From Mizuhopecten yessoensis (taxonomy: Eukaryota), in contig NW_018407859.1 of assembly GCF_002113885.1 (NCBI RefSeq), positions 191,654-255,653 of the forward strand: a stretch of 64,000 nt of DNA. The letters are read 5' to 3'. Positions 1 through 13,373 of the stretch are shown piece after piece. Within the stretch, counting starts at the first letter, position 1; each line of letters opens with the position of its first letter. The position numbers were made by a program, and so were the translations under genes. The notes below the pieces were generated by a model that worked only from the letters and a program-made list of their open reading frames with translations, made no database searches and was not told the DNA's origin.

Positions 1-2117
1 TTGAAGGTTGGCTTTCATACACATCAGTATTAAGTTAAAGATCAAAAGTTACCTCAAGGTGTATTTACTGTTAACATGACTCGATCAAACAGATTAGAGG
101 AAAGAAGAGAAAAGATCGAACTGACAAAGAACTAATGAAGATGGTACAAAGGTGGGATCTCTTGTTTGCTTTCATTTTGATCTTTTACTCTCAGTTTATC
201 ATAGGGAGCATTTTAGAAAACATCTTATCAAAAGTGCTGGTTATCATGACAAAAAACAATGATTTGAGGTTTTTCTGCACTCGTTAGGATGAGAATTAAC
301 ATCAGATCAGTTGTACACAGACTTAACATGTTTAGCACATGCATTCAGTAATCGTGAACCCATCCACGCGTGTGTTTATTCCAAACGTCTTATGTCTGCA
401 GCATTCAGTAAACTTAAACTCACCTACGTATGTATTTACTCAATCTTTTATCAACCGAAATTCACCAAGGGAAGGATTAGGTTTCATATAGAAGCTGTAT
501 TTTCTGTAGAGGGGGATTTAGAGAATGTTCTCAACCTTAGTCAATTGTTTATTGTTATACAATGGAGCAGCTGTGCATCAGATGCATCTGTTCATGCATG
601 TTTGTATTATATCGTACAAATTGGGGGATTTCTGTCAGATTTTGATCAATATTGCAAAATGTCAAGATTTAAGACTGAAATGAAACGTCCTACTGCCTTT
701 TTGAGAAAATCTAATAAAAAATCCAATTATTTAATAGTATGGTTGAAAGGCTTGCCATTTACTTGAAGCTTAGTTTTAAAATATGATACTTTTCTTGGTA
801 AAAGATTCAAACGTGATGCTATCTTTATTACAATTGGTTATTCTCAGCTTAAATATTTGGAATTTTCTTTCAATTTGAAAATTAAGTCTACCTTTGTAAG
901 TGAGATTACAAGAAATATTCAACTACATATACCTCAGATATCTTGATCTGTACTTCAAGTTTCCTTTATTTAACTTTACACAATTAAACTCAAGACATTT
1001 GCTACATATCAAGCTGAAAGTAGTTAATGACTTTCAAAATTAGAATCCTTTGTATTTGATATTATCACTTCTGTGTTTGAAGAATAAGAATCATACATAT
1101 GTACTTATGAGCATTTTTCTTTGAAATAAATACAATTTTCTTGTTAAATGATCTATTCCTGAGATGAAGGATTTCTGTCAAAGCTCTGATAAAATGTAAC
1201 AGATTAAGACTTTTATAGCTTTAGTGTCGACATTGTTATTAGAGATGGTTGGAAAATTCTCCATTCTCATCATAATGTTGTAGATACAAAATGTAAGACA
1301 GTTTCCAGTGAAATGACTGGTGCTTCTATATATTAGTTAAGATGATACCTTTTTATATTTGATTGAATGTGGAGTACAATTTGTCGAAAAGAATTATCAT
1401 TGGGATAAATGCTTCAGTTTCATGGTTTTAGTGGAGTACATAGAAATTTACTTTAAAAATGTTTACTTTATGCAGAATTTAACGGTACAACATCTTACAC
1501 AGCAATGTGTGTATAGTTGAAAGTCTAGCTAATACATTAGACTGGGGATGCTGCTGTTAATACAAGGTTCAGTTTAGACAGGTCAAACTGATGACAATAA
1601 ACACTTGATCTGTGTATATGTATAACTACTAGTAGCTGCCACTGGTATTGACTTGTATATGTGTGTTTTTTCTCAGAGAACCAGCTTTTTTTTTTTAATT
1701 CTATATCAAGTCTGGTAGATTTATATTTATAGATAAAAATCTAGTTCATGTGCGAGATTATAAATATTCAAAAGTCATTTATTCCTGTATGCATTATACA
1801 GGGTTATCAACAGAATTATAAATATTTATAGATAGTTACTGATAAAATCTATAATATATATACTTTTCATGGTTGATTTGACACATTTTGAATAAATCTG
1901 AGCACTGTATATTTCACCAGAGTTACAGTCCCTCCTGAAAAGCCCACTGAATGGTAGGTAGCTGAAGTTTGAACTGTGCCTTAATTATTGTTATAATTAC
2001 ATTAATATTGCAGATATTTTTAACTAGAATAGAAAGTCAGTATTGGAACTCAAAAGTTTTGAGCATATAGGTCTGACCAAAGAACACCTTATCACATAGA
2101 TTTCAGCAAAGTCTAAA

Positions 2118-2363
2118 TAAAATACCCTTCATGACAAAGTTTTAGGCAAAGGTCTGACTAAAATACCTTTCATGACAAAGTTTAAGGCAAAGGTCTGACT
2201 AAAATACCCTTCATGACAAAGTTTTAGGCAAAGGTCTGACTAAAATACCCTTCATGACAAAGTTTTAGGCAAAGGTCTGACTAAAATACCCTTCATGACA
2301 GAGTTTTCAGCATGGGTCTAACTAAAATACCCTTTATGACAAAGTTTTCAGCATGGGTCTAAC
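2118..2363. repeat. 41-bp minisatellite, about 6 copies (taaaatacccttcatgacaaagttttaggcaaaggtctgac)
   Basis: Directly visible tandem units, with a degenerate copy upstream from about 2053. Confidence 0.95.
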
Positions 2364-2741
2364 CAAATGTATTGATGTTAACAGGTACATAACAATTTGT
2401 GTTCCTGACTTCTTACAGATATATATATAAAAGTACACTATTAGTCACCACAGGATTGACATCTGTCGAAACTTTCCTCAATCAATATCCAAACAGTTAG
2501 ACACTCATTGATTTGTACCAGTGAACAGGTGCTTGTTCTGTTATTGAGTAGAACACCTACAATATGATCATGAAGCCAATTACAAAAAGCTCCATTGAAA
2601 GCAGCAAAATTTCAAGGGAAAATTGTTTTTCACTCAAAAAAAAAAGGTTAAGTATTTTTGGAGTAATTTCTGGAAAAAAATCTAAAATAAGTTTATCGCA
2701 AAAAAGATGTGCTGCATGCTGTCATTGATACAGTTTAGTGA

Positions 2742-2811
2742 TCAGCAGATGGTACGGTATGTGTGTGAATGTTTAGTCAGCAGATGGTACGGTATGTGTG
2801 TGAATGTTTAG
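2742..2811. repeat. 35-bp perfect tandem duplication
   Basis: tcagcagatggtacggtatgtgtgtgaatgtttag x2. Confidence 0.95.
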
Positions 2812-3475
2812 ACATTGGCGCTTGGTTACTGTGTTCATGGTAGTTCTGAAGATAGTTGGCACCATCTGTGAATGAACAAAGTCTTAAAAAAACAAAAATA
2901 AAATTCTTTATATAGAAATTTATGATTTGAAAGTACAAGGTATTATACATGTATCAGTATACACATGTAATTAAGACGTAGGAAGATAATAGGGATATCA
3001 ATCCTACTGTAGGCAAAAGACTAGAGAATTCTACTGTAGTTTACGGTACAAACAGTAACCTCCCATTGATTTGAGATATATCTGTAGACTTGACAGGGCC
3101 AAGTTTCTTCAGTAGACCAGGTAGCTCAGAAAGACAGTTTATCACATAATGTATTGTTACCTGACTCGTACATAAATGCATATTAATCAATTTCAACTGT
3201 TTCCCAGACAATTCACCAAACGAATTACTATAGCTCATGTGTGCTACCGTAAAACTGTTGACTCACTTCAACTTTAGTGCTTGCTACCCTAGGACTGTTG
3301 ACTGGTCACATGTTAGGTAATCGAACGCACCTATAATTACAAGCACCCCGATGATCAAGCGTTTTTGGTACTGGATTGTTGACGGTCGTCTGTCGGTACA
3401 ATCGACATGGACAGGTTTGAAGAAATCAGTGATGAATCCTTACTTCTTTGTGTTTTTCATTGATCAAGTAACAAA

Positions 3476-3990
3476 ACAGTTGTTTCATGCCTTATCAGTC
3501 AACAGTCAGGCGGCCAAGGGAAACAGTTCATCTGGTGGGTCCCAACTCTGAGGGAAAATAGTTTTGACTGTTGACTGATATTTATTAGGCATATAAAACA
3601 ACTGTATACTGCGTTATCCAGTGAATATACCCATGTCATATTTTTTGCGTATTAACTCATGTAATATGACCTATCAGCCCTGTGATTGGTTGTAAGTTTC
3701 AATTGTTTCAATTGTGAAGTCATGCCTAGGACAAGTACATGACGTCACTGACTTACATACTCGTGTCAAAATGGTGACTTTTTACATTTTAAGGTTGCAT
3801 GAAAATTGTCTTTTAACGAATAAATGCCACAAATCTTGATTATGTGATAAAAAGGATCTTATACTCGTTTTCATTTCATATACAATTTATGAAACTCTTC
3901 ATGAATTTTTCATTTTAGCTCGCCAGAGGCTCGCTAAACTAAAAAAATCATAAATCTCCTATGAAATGGAAACTCATGTAAGATCCTATA
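3476..3990. mobile_element. Degraded non-autonomous element with a different long hairpin at each end (possibly Crypton-like)
   Basis: Left palindrome 3476-3605 (acagttgtttcatgcc..tcagtcaacagtca / tgactgttgactga..ggcatataaaacaactgt). Right palindrome 3853-3987 (aggatctta..catttcata..tttatga / tcataaa..tatgaaatg..taagatcct). Internal TGACGTCA at 3740. The family assignment is inference. Confidence 0.6.
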
Positions 3991-4861
3991 TATAATGATC
4001 CAAGGGTCAAACCCTGATCTGGCACTGTTGTGTAGTGTATTTTAACACTCAGAACACTGCTGTTGATTTCTTTCTGTTTGTTTCACCTTTATAACTTTTT
4101 TTATTTTATTTTTTATAAATGTCCGCAGGGTATGGTTTTCATTTCAGAAATATAGTCTTGCTATTATATAAAGGTTCCCAATGCCTAGTTAGAGTTTTTG
4201 ATAGTCAGGTGCAGGGATCCTTAATTGTTCAACTAGTTTTACAACTGGTAGTGGATGGGATCAGTGGCCTGGTTCATAATGGCCAAGTAAGTGACCCTGG
4301 CAGTACAGTGACAAGAGTTCCTCCCTATGATCGACAGGGTGTGATAGTATATGCCAACGGAAATATAAACAGATTAGAAAATGCCTAGTGATTAGGAAAT
4401 AAAGTTTGTAAGTTTGTGTGGATGTTATCTTCAAAAATGTGAATTTTTTAGGCGTATTTGTGTAACCCTGTCTGTCCCTGGTGCGACAAAGTGTGGGACC
4501 TGGGCAGTGTTAGGAACATGGCAATATACTGTTGACTAGTGTAGATTAGCCTTCCTCTACTTCTAAATAGGATGTAATAAATGTCCTCAATAAAACTCAA
4601 CATGCTCTCTTTTATAAACAGTTTCCATAAAATCTGAACTTGAAATCAACCCTATTGGTTTGTGGGTAACTTCTTTGGCTTCCTGTCCATATTGCTGAAA
4701 TATTATGGTCAGTCGGTACACCTGTACTATTTACCTGAGACAGTTAATTATATAAGTTGTACATGGTAATCTGTACAAGTATAGTTCATTTATCTACCAA
4801 AAAATACACAGCTGAAATTTTATATACAGTATCCAGAATTTTGTGAAAGTCAATGATGAGA

Positions 4862-5295
4862 TTTTTAGGTCACCTCAGACAAAGTCATATGTAACATTTT
4901 GCGAACACCTTATGTCCATCATCTTCTTTTGTCCGTGATAAACAATTTACATTATAAACTTCTTTTCAAATATCACTGATCTCAAGTATCACTCAAGTAT
5001 CAATAAAATTTTACAGAAGGCGTCTATGGCCTAAAGACAAAAGAAGACTATGCATTATAGTGTTTCCACACCACAGGGGACTTAATGGGCCAAAAGTGGG
5101 GAAATTGGCAAAATTTGAAAAATCTTCCTCTTCAGACCTAGAAATGCTAATAACAATATATTTTTTATGAATGTAATGATGTGATGTTCCTTTATTATTG
5201 CTGTGAATTTCATTACCATAGGTAATCCAATCTGTCCCTCCCCAGGGGAGTAAAGTTTAAAATTATGTATAAGAAATAGCACTTTCAGGTCAATA
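4862..5295 (+). mobile_element. Degraded Helentron-associated non-autonomous element (HINE, bivalve type)
   Basis: Begins tttttaggtcacctcagacaaagtc, then gtcc-type motifs, ...tttacatt..aacttcttttcaaa..cactg and aaaaatcttcctcttcaga. This matches the layout I recall for bivalve HINE/Helitron-N elements. Confidence 0.65.
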
Positions 5296-6339
5296 TGTTT
5301 TCTTTTTTTTTCAGTAGAAATAATTCAGACATGTCAGAGTTATTTTCATTGGATGGCAATTTTGTAATACAAATTTTAAAACCTCCCAAGTGGCACATAT
5401 GACAACTCAATGATGAATAAGTTACAAGATCTGTTTCTGAAACAAAGTTCACTGGTGTTGAAGTTGTAACAAAATCTCTGTTTCAGGAGCAAATTTAATT
5501 TAGATACTGCACCACACACACTGCCTGACTAATCATTCTCTGATCAAATACAATTCTGTCAGGTTCTGCAAAGCTTTGCATTACACCAGATACCTATAGA
5601 TTTTATTGGTATCAAGTCGATCTCACGGAGGAGGTGTCAAATTACTTTGGGAACATTTCTGGTGCCAATAAAACTTTGTTGAGCAAGTAGAAAGTAGATA
5701 ATCAATTTGTGTACCTGAGCTTCAGAGGTTTTCAGTAGCTGATTAGAGACCATGTATGTAAAGGGACTGTGTCAGGTCTGCTGGTGCTATCAGGCATCCT
5801 ATCAGGTTTGGGGGTAGTAAGGGATGTAGGCAGTCTATCAGGTGTGGGCCATGTGATACTGGCCAGCTAAAACACCATCTTATTGTCTAACAAAGATAGC
5901 ACACCAGTTCTACTTCCTCTCTGTAAAGACTAGGAGGCATAAAGTTTGCCCAACTATCTCATGTATTTGTAGTAAAATGGCCAAACTCTCTGTCAAGATA
6001 AAATGGCTCTTTTATGGATACAAAAGGAAGCACCTGGCCAGTTTTGGGTCAATTCAGTTAGCAAAGGCCAAACAGTTATCTCTAGAAGAATTAAACGGCC
6101 TGATCCAGGAATCTGATTTATGTTCTCTCAGTATATCCTCTCTCTGTCTCCATACATACCGGGTATATATATATGTACGGATCATGATATGTAAGAAGTA
6201 TTAATCCAATTTTGTAGTTACTGTGATGTTGAATTGATACTGGAATGATATATTAAGAGACTACCTGATGAGTAAGGAGACCTCTTTTTATAACTTTCCA
6301 TTTACATCAGATTATATCTAAAAAAATACAGAAGAAATG

Positions 6340-6460
6340 TTTAGGTAGGTCCTAATTGTTGTTTAAGGTCATGGCCAAGTGACCCAGTGTATGAAAATTG
6401 TTCTTGGATAGAGTAATAGGAACCGTATTCATTTAGGGGTAAAGGTCACAACCTCTGTTT
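6340..6460 (+). mobile_element. Fragment of HINE/pearl-like central repeat
   Basis: Motifs aaggtcatgg and aggaaccgtattcatttaggggtaaaggtcaca, similar to the 33550-33930 element. Confidence 0.35.
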
Positions 6461-7381
6461 GGTGTGTAGAGAAGTGTTGATGTTCAGAATTTCCTGTGTG
6501 ATGTCATCGGATGCATTATTGTTTACCTTTAATATTGATCATAGGTTATTTAACCTACGAAAGGTTTTTTTACCAATATCTTTTTATGGACTCTTACAGA
6601 AAGGGCATACATGTCAACATAAGGTAGCACAGGTACCATATATTACCAGTGATAACCCCTTGTATGGTAATAAGCCCACCCCCACTATGCTTTACTTTTC
6701 GTGCAATGAGTGGGTGCCTGGTAATAAGCCCACCCCCTTTCTTCAAGTTCGTCGGCATGATTTTTTTATATTGTTGTACATCGTGCAATGTAAATTAAGT
6801 CATGCTAACAAGCAGAATATACCTGTACACTCCGCAGCGTCAAACATCTACTAGCATTTACAACATCATCGAAAAATGTGGCTGGCTGGCGATATCTGAC
6901 CTCTGACTCTGACATGTATGTATAAAAACTCAGTATACAGACCATTTAGATTACAATGAAATATCAGTTTAGATAACATATGGTCGTTTTATGAAATGAT
7001 TTAATGTACAATAGCAGCACACATATACATACAAACAGATACATATAAATGGCCTTGCGCTCTTGGTGTCCACTTGACACTGTAGACATCATCTCAGTGG
7101 ATGAGTAGAGGGTGGGACACTGTGTTGGTTTTAATTCTGAATATAACATCAGTTAATTAATTCAATTCTCTAGATCTGTGTCTTAGATACAAGTGCTTCA
7201 TAAAGAGGATGAATTGTGAAAATATTAAATTCCAAACCAACAATTTAATCAATTTACAACTTACGAATTTGCAAAATTTGATCGGGTCTGTGCTGCCATT
7301 AAGTTTATAAGGCTTAAGCTAAATCTAGGTCTGCAGTTTCTTCAAATAAACAACTTGGAAATGATAGGGTTGTGTAAAATC

Positions 7382-7453
7382 TGGTGTAGTACAGAAGAGA
7401 GAAAAAACTTCGACTACTACGCCCAACGGGACTTAGCTAGGTTTGAGGACAGA
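7382..7453 (+). pseudogene. Isolated HMG-box helix-3-like coding relic (WCSTEERKNFDYYAQRDLARFEDR)
   Basis: Fits the pattern EE[KR]xx[YF][DE]xxAx[KR]D[LK]xR[YF]E of HMG-box C-terminal helices. Locally CpG-containing. No convincing splice sites. Confidence 0.3.
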
Positions 7454-8039
7454 GTCATGGGAGAGGTTAAACAGATGTGTGTAATAGCTGAGCAACTAGA
7501 AGTGTGTGCAATGTTCATATTTCCTCACATTTTGGGAGGGAACGGTACAGTAGTACATTATCACACAAATGCAGTCTGCATCTTATTTACTGTGATAGAA
7601 TGTATTCCTCAATTTTTGAAATGTTTTCGCAATAATTCTACTTGAAAGTTAAAATAGCTTTCAACTTCTTGTCAATTTCACGAAGCTATCTGAAGCTTTA
7701 TGATGGTCTGCTCATGATTGAATAAAGTGCCACCAACTTTAAACACATAATGATAGAAAAATAAAGTTCATCGCTGTCATATGTAATTGAAATTTATTGT
7801 TGTAAATAATTGAAAGATTTTGTATAGATTGTCAAGTCGTTATGGTCAAAAAGAAAGACAGGCTTCATAGGGTTTCCATTTACCAACAGTAGAAATTTAA
7901 AACCACTGCTTATATAAAATTGCAAATTATTATGATTTTTCTGAAGCATATGGATGACTTTCAGGTATTTACTCTATATAAAAACAGGGGTCCTTGTCCT
8001 CAGAAAGTTTATAAACAAATGGGTATAGTTACTGGTAAT

Positions 8040-8250
8040 GAGCTCATCACTGGCAAGGGGAGGGCTTAACATCAAGCATTAGATTATCATTGGATGTATA
8101 CCAAACATGAGCTCATCGAATATAAAACTAACATGGGGTGGGCTTACAAGCATTGGACCAATGCAGGATGTATACTGTCCAAGTTCATCACTGGATATAA
8201 ACAGTAGTAAGGGGTGGGCTTAACTCCATCCATGGTTATTATATCACTGG
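8040..8250. repeat. Degenerate tandem repeat of about 77 bp, about 3 copies
   Basis: Recurrent (ct)catcactgg ... gggg(t/a)gggcttaac. Confidence 0.6.
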
Positions 8251-11200
8251 TAACATGTGGTAGTTAAGTTGTGATATTGGTCAACATTGTAACATTTTAT
8301 TCTGGGTAATGATGACATGACACTAGTTAATGACATACAGATTGATTTGGTGTGAATGAGAGGGACCTCCTGATGTGTAGGTATGTTTAGGTTGTCTGTG
8401 ACTGGTAGTGTTTGTATACAATACCTGAGTATGTATGCTTGGTTCCACCTTCTTAGTCTCTAATCTGTGAAAGTTTGTGTAAAGTCAGTGCTAGGCGTAT
8501 ACAATTACAAGAATTAGCCTGTGGTCACCCACTATAGTAATTGTGTTGTGAATGGGATCTTCCTCAGATAGAGTCCAGTGGAGATCTAATGATAAACACT
8601 GTCCATCACCATTAGTGTTATTAGATAACAGTTTGGTTGGTCAGTACAACCCCTCCAGCTATCAAAATGGTCAGCTATATAGCTAGCTGTTTGAGATTTT
8701 AAGGTGGATTGCACTGCTGTCCACCATGCAAGGTGTCGCACACATCAGTTTAAGGTGGCTTGCACCAACAAAAACACAACAACCATCACTTGAAGTAGGT
8801 GTAGTTCTGATTCACTGACATAATGATATGAATATCCCTGCCTGCATTGATTAAGATTGCTTGCACTGCTACCAACTTTTAACATTCTGATCGTATTAGG
8901 AATCTGTGCCAAAATGTTTGTAGGATCACGTACACTAGTACTGCTTACATTGCATTTCTTCTTTAATTGTTGTGCTCAACCTACCTTTTCATCTACAGTA
9001 GGTTAAAAAAACAAAAAAACAAAAACATGCTGGTAGATTTCATGAATTTGGAGTCTCGTTCAATATCTAGAGTTTTCCTGCACAAAGTGGTCTATATGAT
9101 GGCCATTGATGTAAAAACAAAAAACAGTAATGAACAAACGTTCTACAGGGATCTATAACATTAAACTAGCATGTCAGTACCTTAATAGATTTAATAGCTC
9201 AACTAGTCAGCTTTATATACATCTTGGTTTGCAATCAGTAGTAGATGGATTGATTATCAAAGAAGCAATGTCATGGTCAGATCACGAGGCTAGGAGCATC
9301 AGCTATCTGGCTACAGTTTAAAACTATTTCCAACAGAGAGGAAAGCCTTGCCCAGATCAATGTAATATTTAGACTCCATGGGTTAGGGATAAGAGGATCA
9401 GCTCTCTGCATGTCCTGACTATGAGTCTCCTGGAATATAGGTTCTCATATCAAAGGTCAGAGGGCACCCTGTTGTCAGACTCCTTTGACCTTCAATATGA
9501 ATGTGACCTTCAGACAATTTAGCACACAAGAACCTGAGAACTGGTCCCAGGCTGTTTTGACTGGTCTCAGATTATCAACAGTGTGGGAGGGGATCTGATC
9601 TACTGTTTGACCTTTAGTCTGACCTCTAATTGATCTAGTTTGTCATTGATTTATGGAGAGTTGTGTATCAGCTAAAATGTAATGGTATTTAATTTGCCCA
9701 TCATCTATATAAGGTTACTGCATTAATATACTTCGCTATATATTAAGAGTTGTTATGATGCTAAACATTAACCACATGACCTACTTCTATTAAAGTTAAA
9801 CCAAAGGTGAAAAAAAACCTCCAAAGAAATGAAATTGAATAGCCATGCAAGAATGTATAATTATAAAAGGCATCTCCATATTTCCATTAACAGGTGAAGT
9901 AATATATTAGGATGCCTAGCTAAAACATGTGGAAAACTCACCCCAGTCAAATGTCCTGGCCTCACCTGAAAATCCTTATTTACCTCCTTAATTATTAAAA
10001 CTAAATCTGTATCCTAGATTTCATATACTGGAACTATACAGATAAGGTCTTACATTAAAATTTGTAATTTGAAATTATCTGCTCTTAACTTCATCTAAGT
10101 TGTCACAGTGTTTTAGAGAGATCAGCAGCTGAAGGAAACATACCATATATTATCATTAACTCATAAGCAGAGCACTTTCCTAATGTTTTGTTTGTGACTT
10201 TATTTTTCCGTTCATACATAAAATTACAATCACTCCTATCATTAAGGTCACTGCTAACACTTTCTTTTCTTTAATTTTACAAAAAATAATTTAACGAGTA
10301 AAAATCTCATTAATCTTCTAAATTAGACAAAGAGTTTAAAAGCATAAAAAAAGACATTCTTTTTATGTTGCATGTCATCCACTTAGTCTGTCTCTCCATT
10401 CACCGATTATAGTAATTGATCAGCGACCATGGATGAAGACAGATGGACAAAGACACTCTACTTTGTTTTGTCAAGTGTACACACTTATTAGTGTTGAATT
10501 TAGTTTTTTCTTTGGGTTTTTTTTAACCCATTTCTCATTATTCACACAAAATGTGTGAGGAATTTAAAATGTTAACAATCGTTACATGAAATGAATTACA
10601 AAGGAAATTGCTTACCGTGTCAAAGACAATTGACAGGTAAGTTCTACAATGTACATTGTACAGCATAGAGGATTTACCTCCCTTTGATAATAAACCTTTT
10701 CTAATGAGGATCAATTAGCAAGAAAACATTATTCCCATCACTTCATTGCTGCATATCTAGGATTATTTGACGGTTTCCCCAGAAACAATTCCCATATTAT
10801 GTGCCTTTTTTTATCCAATGTCTATCTATATTTCTGACAGACATAAATTGTACATCAACAATAGCTTATCTGTAGTTTCATCTTGTCTTTATTGGTTGAT
10901 AAGTCAGAGTACACTTCACTTATCAACAAACCAGTCTTTTATTACCTGAAGGACACCTTGAGACATCGTAACCTTCAAAAATCCCACTATGGTTTAAAAG
11001 TTGTAAACAAGCCTTTGTAGTTTATACTCGTTTTAAACAAATTAGTACAAAATTAGCGTGAGCATGTATATCTTTAATCATCTTGCTGAAACGATGTTTT
11101 CATTTCAGAAATATAGTCTTGCTATCGAGGCAGAGCTGCTATATCTGTACTAGATATTAGAAAACAAGCTGATGCTGCTTGATAAGCTGGCATTTTGCGT

Positions 11201-13295
11201 GTTGATACCGATGTATTTGGTTTTGAGATGGCCCCCCCAATGCATAAAGCTACTTCCTCTGGCAGATGTATCAGTCAATGTTAGGCTGTAGTATGTGTAG
11301 CAGGGTGCTTGCTTCAATCCACTGACCCTGGTGTTTTCATCTCCACAGTTGAGCCCCCCGGGTATCATAGGGATCAGCTGTCACACCATACTCAGGCAGG
11401 AAGTGCAAGAAAACAGACTTGGACATATTTAACTGTGATTGTGGAATAATTTCTCTGTGGATGTATGTGTAAACATAGAAGGCCAGCCTCCGCAACAGCT
11501 ATAGGGGATGCTACATAGGTAAGTCATAGTACAGGCCGATCAAGGAAACGATGCACTTACATGGGATTCCTTTAAGGCACTTGTGACTTTATAATTTGAC
11601 ATTTTGGAAGTGATAGTATCTTATAGATAAGGTATTTTACTGTCAGTATGTCTAGATAAATTTGCTGTAGGAGAAATGAGAAAATGATGTATTCAGTGAA
11701 TTTGTTTGACTATAACACAGCAGGTTTTCATGTAAGCATCAGAATACATGTGGTGTATAGCTGGTATAGTTAGTGGAATTACGTTTGTATAGCAGCAGGT
11801 ACTTGCTATTACCTAGTACATATTATATATAAATATATGTACCTACAAGGCATCGGCGGCTTGATCAATAGGGCACATATTGGTCTTGTAAACATGTGAT
11901 GATTAATGATCATGGAGACCATGTAAGTGATGCAACCACATGACTACTTTATTTCTTACTTACTTAGTATGTAAAATAGATTGCTGAAGTTTGAATATTC
12001 TATATTAATGTTTCAACATAGACAGAAATATCTAAAGTCCCTAGCGTTTACTGTATAGACGTACCTTGCTATCAGTATAGTTACTGTACCATAACATATT
12101 ATAAAAACCCTAGAAATAAGGTGTCAATTATAGTTCATAGATTTTATCCCCAACACAAGTACATGTGTATAGACTAACACATGATTGGTTGGTTGATTGA
12201 TCAGGCTTAACTTACATCCATGTTCCAGCTATAACCAGCCTAGGACAATATAGATTAACACGTTTGTAGGTGAACAATATCACAAACAAGTATAACAAGT
12301 TATTTTTATAAACTAACAAGTTTGTAGGTGTACTCCTCACAAATAAATACAGCAAGTTTTTGAATCTTAAAGCACATATATAAGAATTCATGCAATGAAT
12401 ATTTTTTCAAAAGAAAACTACATATTTTAACAGTAGATGGTTTGAATAAACAACATAACATATATAGCTAAAATGTACTCAAGAAAAATGTTAAATTATT
12501 AATGACATTACAATTTTAGTTAATTAGATATTGACACCAATGATGTAATTGGCCAGCAAGAATGCCATAGATTGAATTAAATTTAATGCTGATGTATAAA
12601 GCTGAATAGTAAAGAGCATGTGAATTTTAATAGTAATATTGACTAGTTTCACTCTGCTCCATGGCCTAGGTGATTATAGGCCCATGATGCCTGGGTATCA
12701 TACAGTAGGTTGACTCCAGGCCGTTCAGTGATGAACTCCATTAGTATGTTGATACTGGGAAACAGAGAGGGAATGAGGTGAAATAAATTAGAACTTCACA
12801 TGCCTAGTCATGAAATCAACATTGCATTATTGATCAGTTGGAGCACATTATAGCGGCCACATCAGCTATTGTTAGGGGCCAAAACCAGCGATGACTGTTG
12901 CCTGACTGTTGCCGTGGTAATTCACAGTTTCGAGATAGCATATCTTATAGTGGATTTTTCCTAGGTATTGTGACATTCACCCCGCTTTTCCATCCAAACG
13001 CTGGATTGATTTTCACATATTGATATCTTCCCTTTGTTTACTTCTCTCCTTGTCCGTTTCAAGGGGAATAACTTTGATGAATAAATCATGTAATGGAATA
13101 AGTATACCACTTTAATGGTACTCACATAGTGTGAAGTGATAAAAGCATCTTTCCTGAAGATTTTCTGGATATAATAACGTATGATAAAATGACTAACTTA
13201 ATCTGTCTGCTATATAATACTATTGAATAAAACCTTTGTATAGACTGAAAATATCTGGGACACATGTGAGTCTTCTAAAATTTGTTTTCAGTTTG

Positions 13296-13373
13296 GTAAA
13301 TATCAACAACTGATAATTCTAGTAAATATCAACAACTGATAATTCTAGTAAATATCAACAGCTGATAATTCTA
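13296..13373. repeat. 26-bp tandem repeat x3
   Basis: gtaaatatcaacaactgataattcta. Confidence 0.9.

Noticed and set aside
6636-6740. MITE relic with repeated gtaataagcccac (echoed at about 16716-16744 and inverted at about 19947)
   Set aside because: Probably old transposon subterminal motifs, but no matching second end or TSD, so boundaries cannot be supported.
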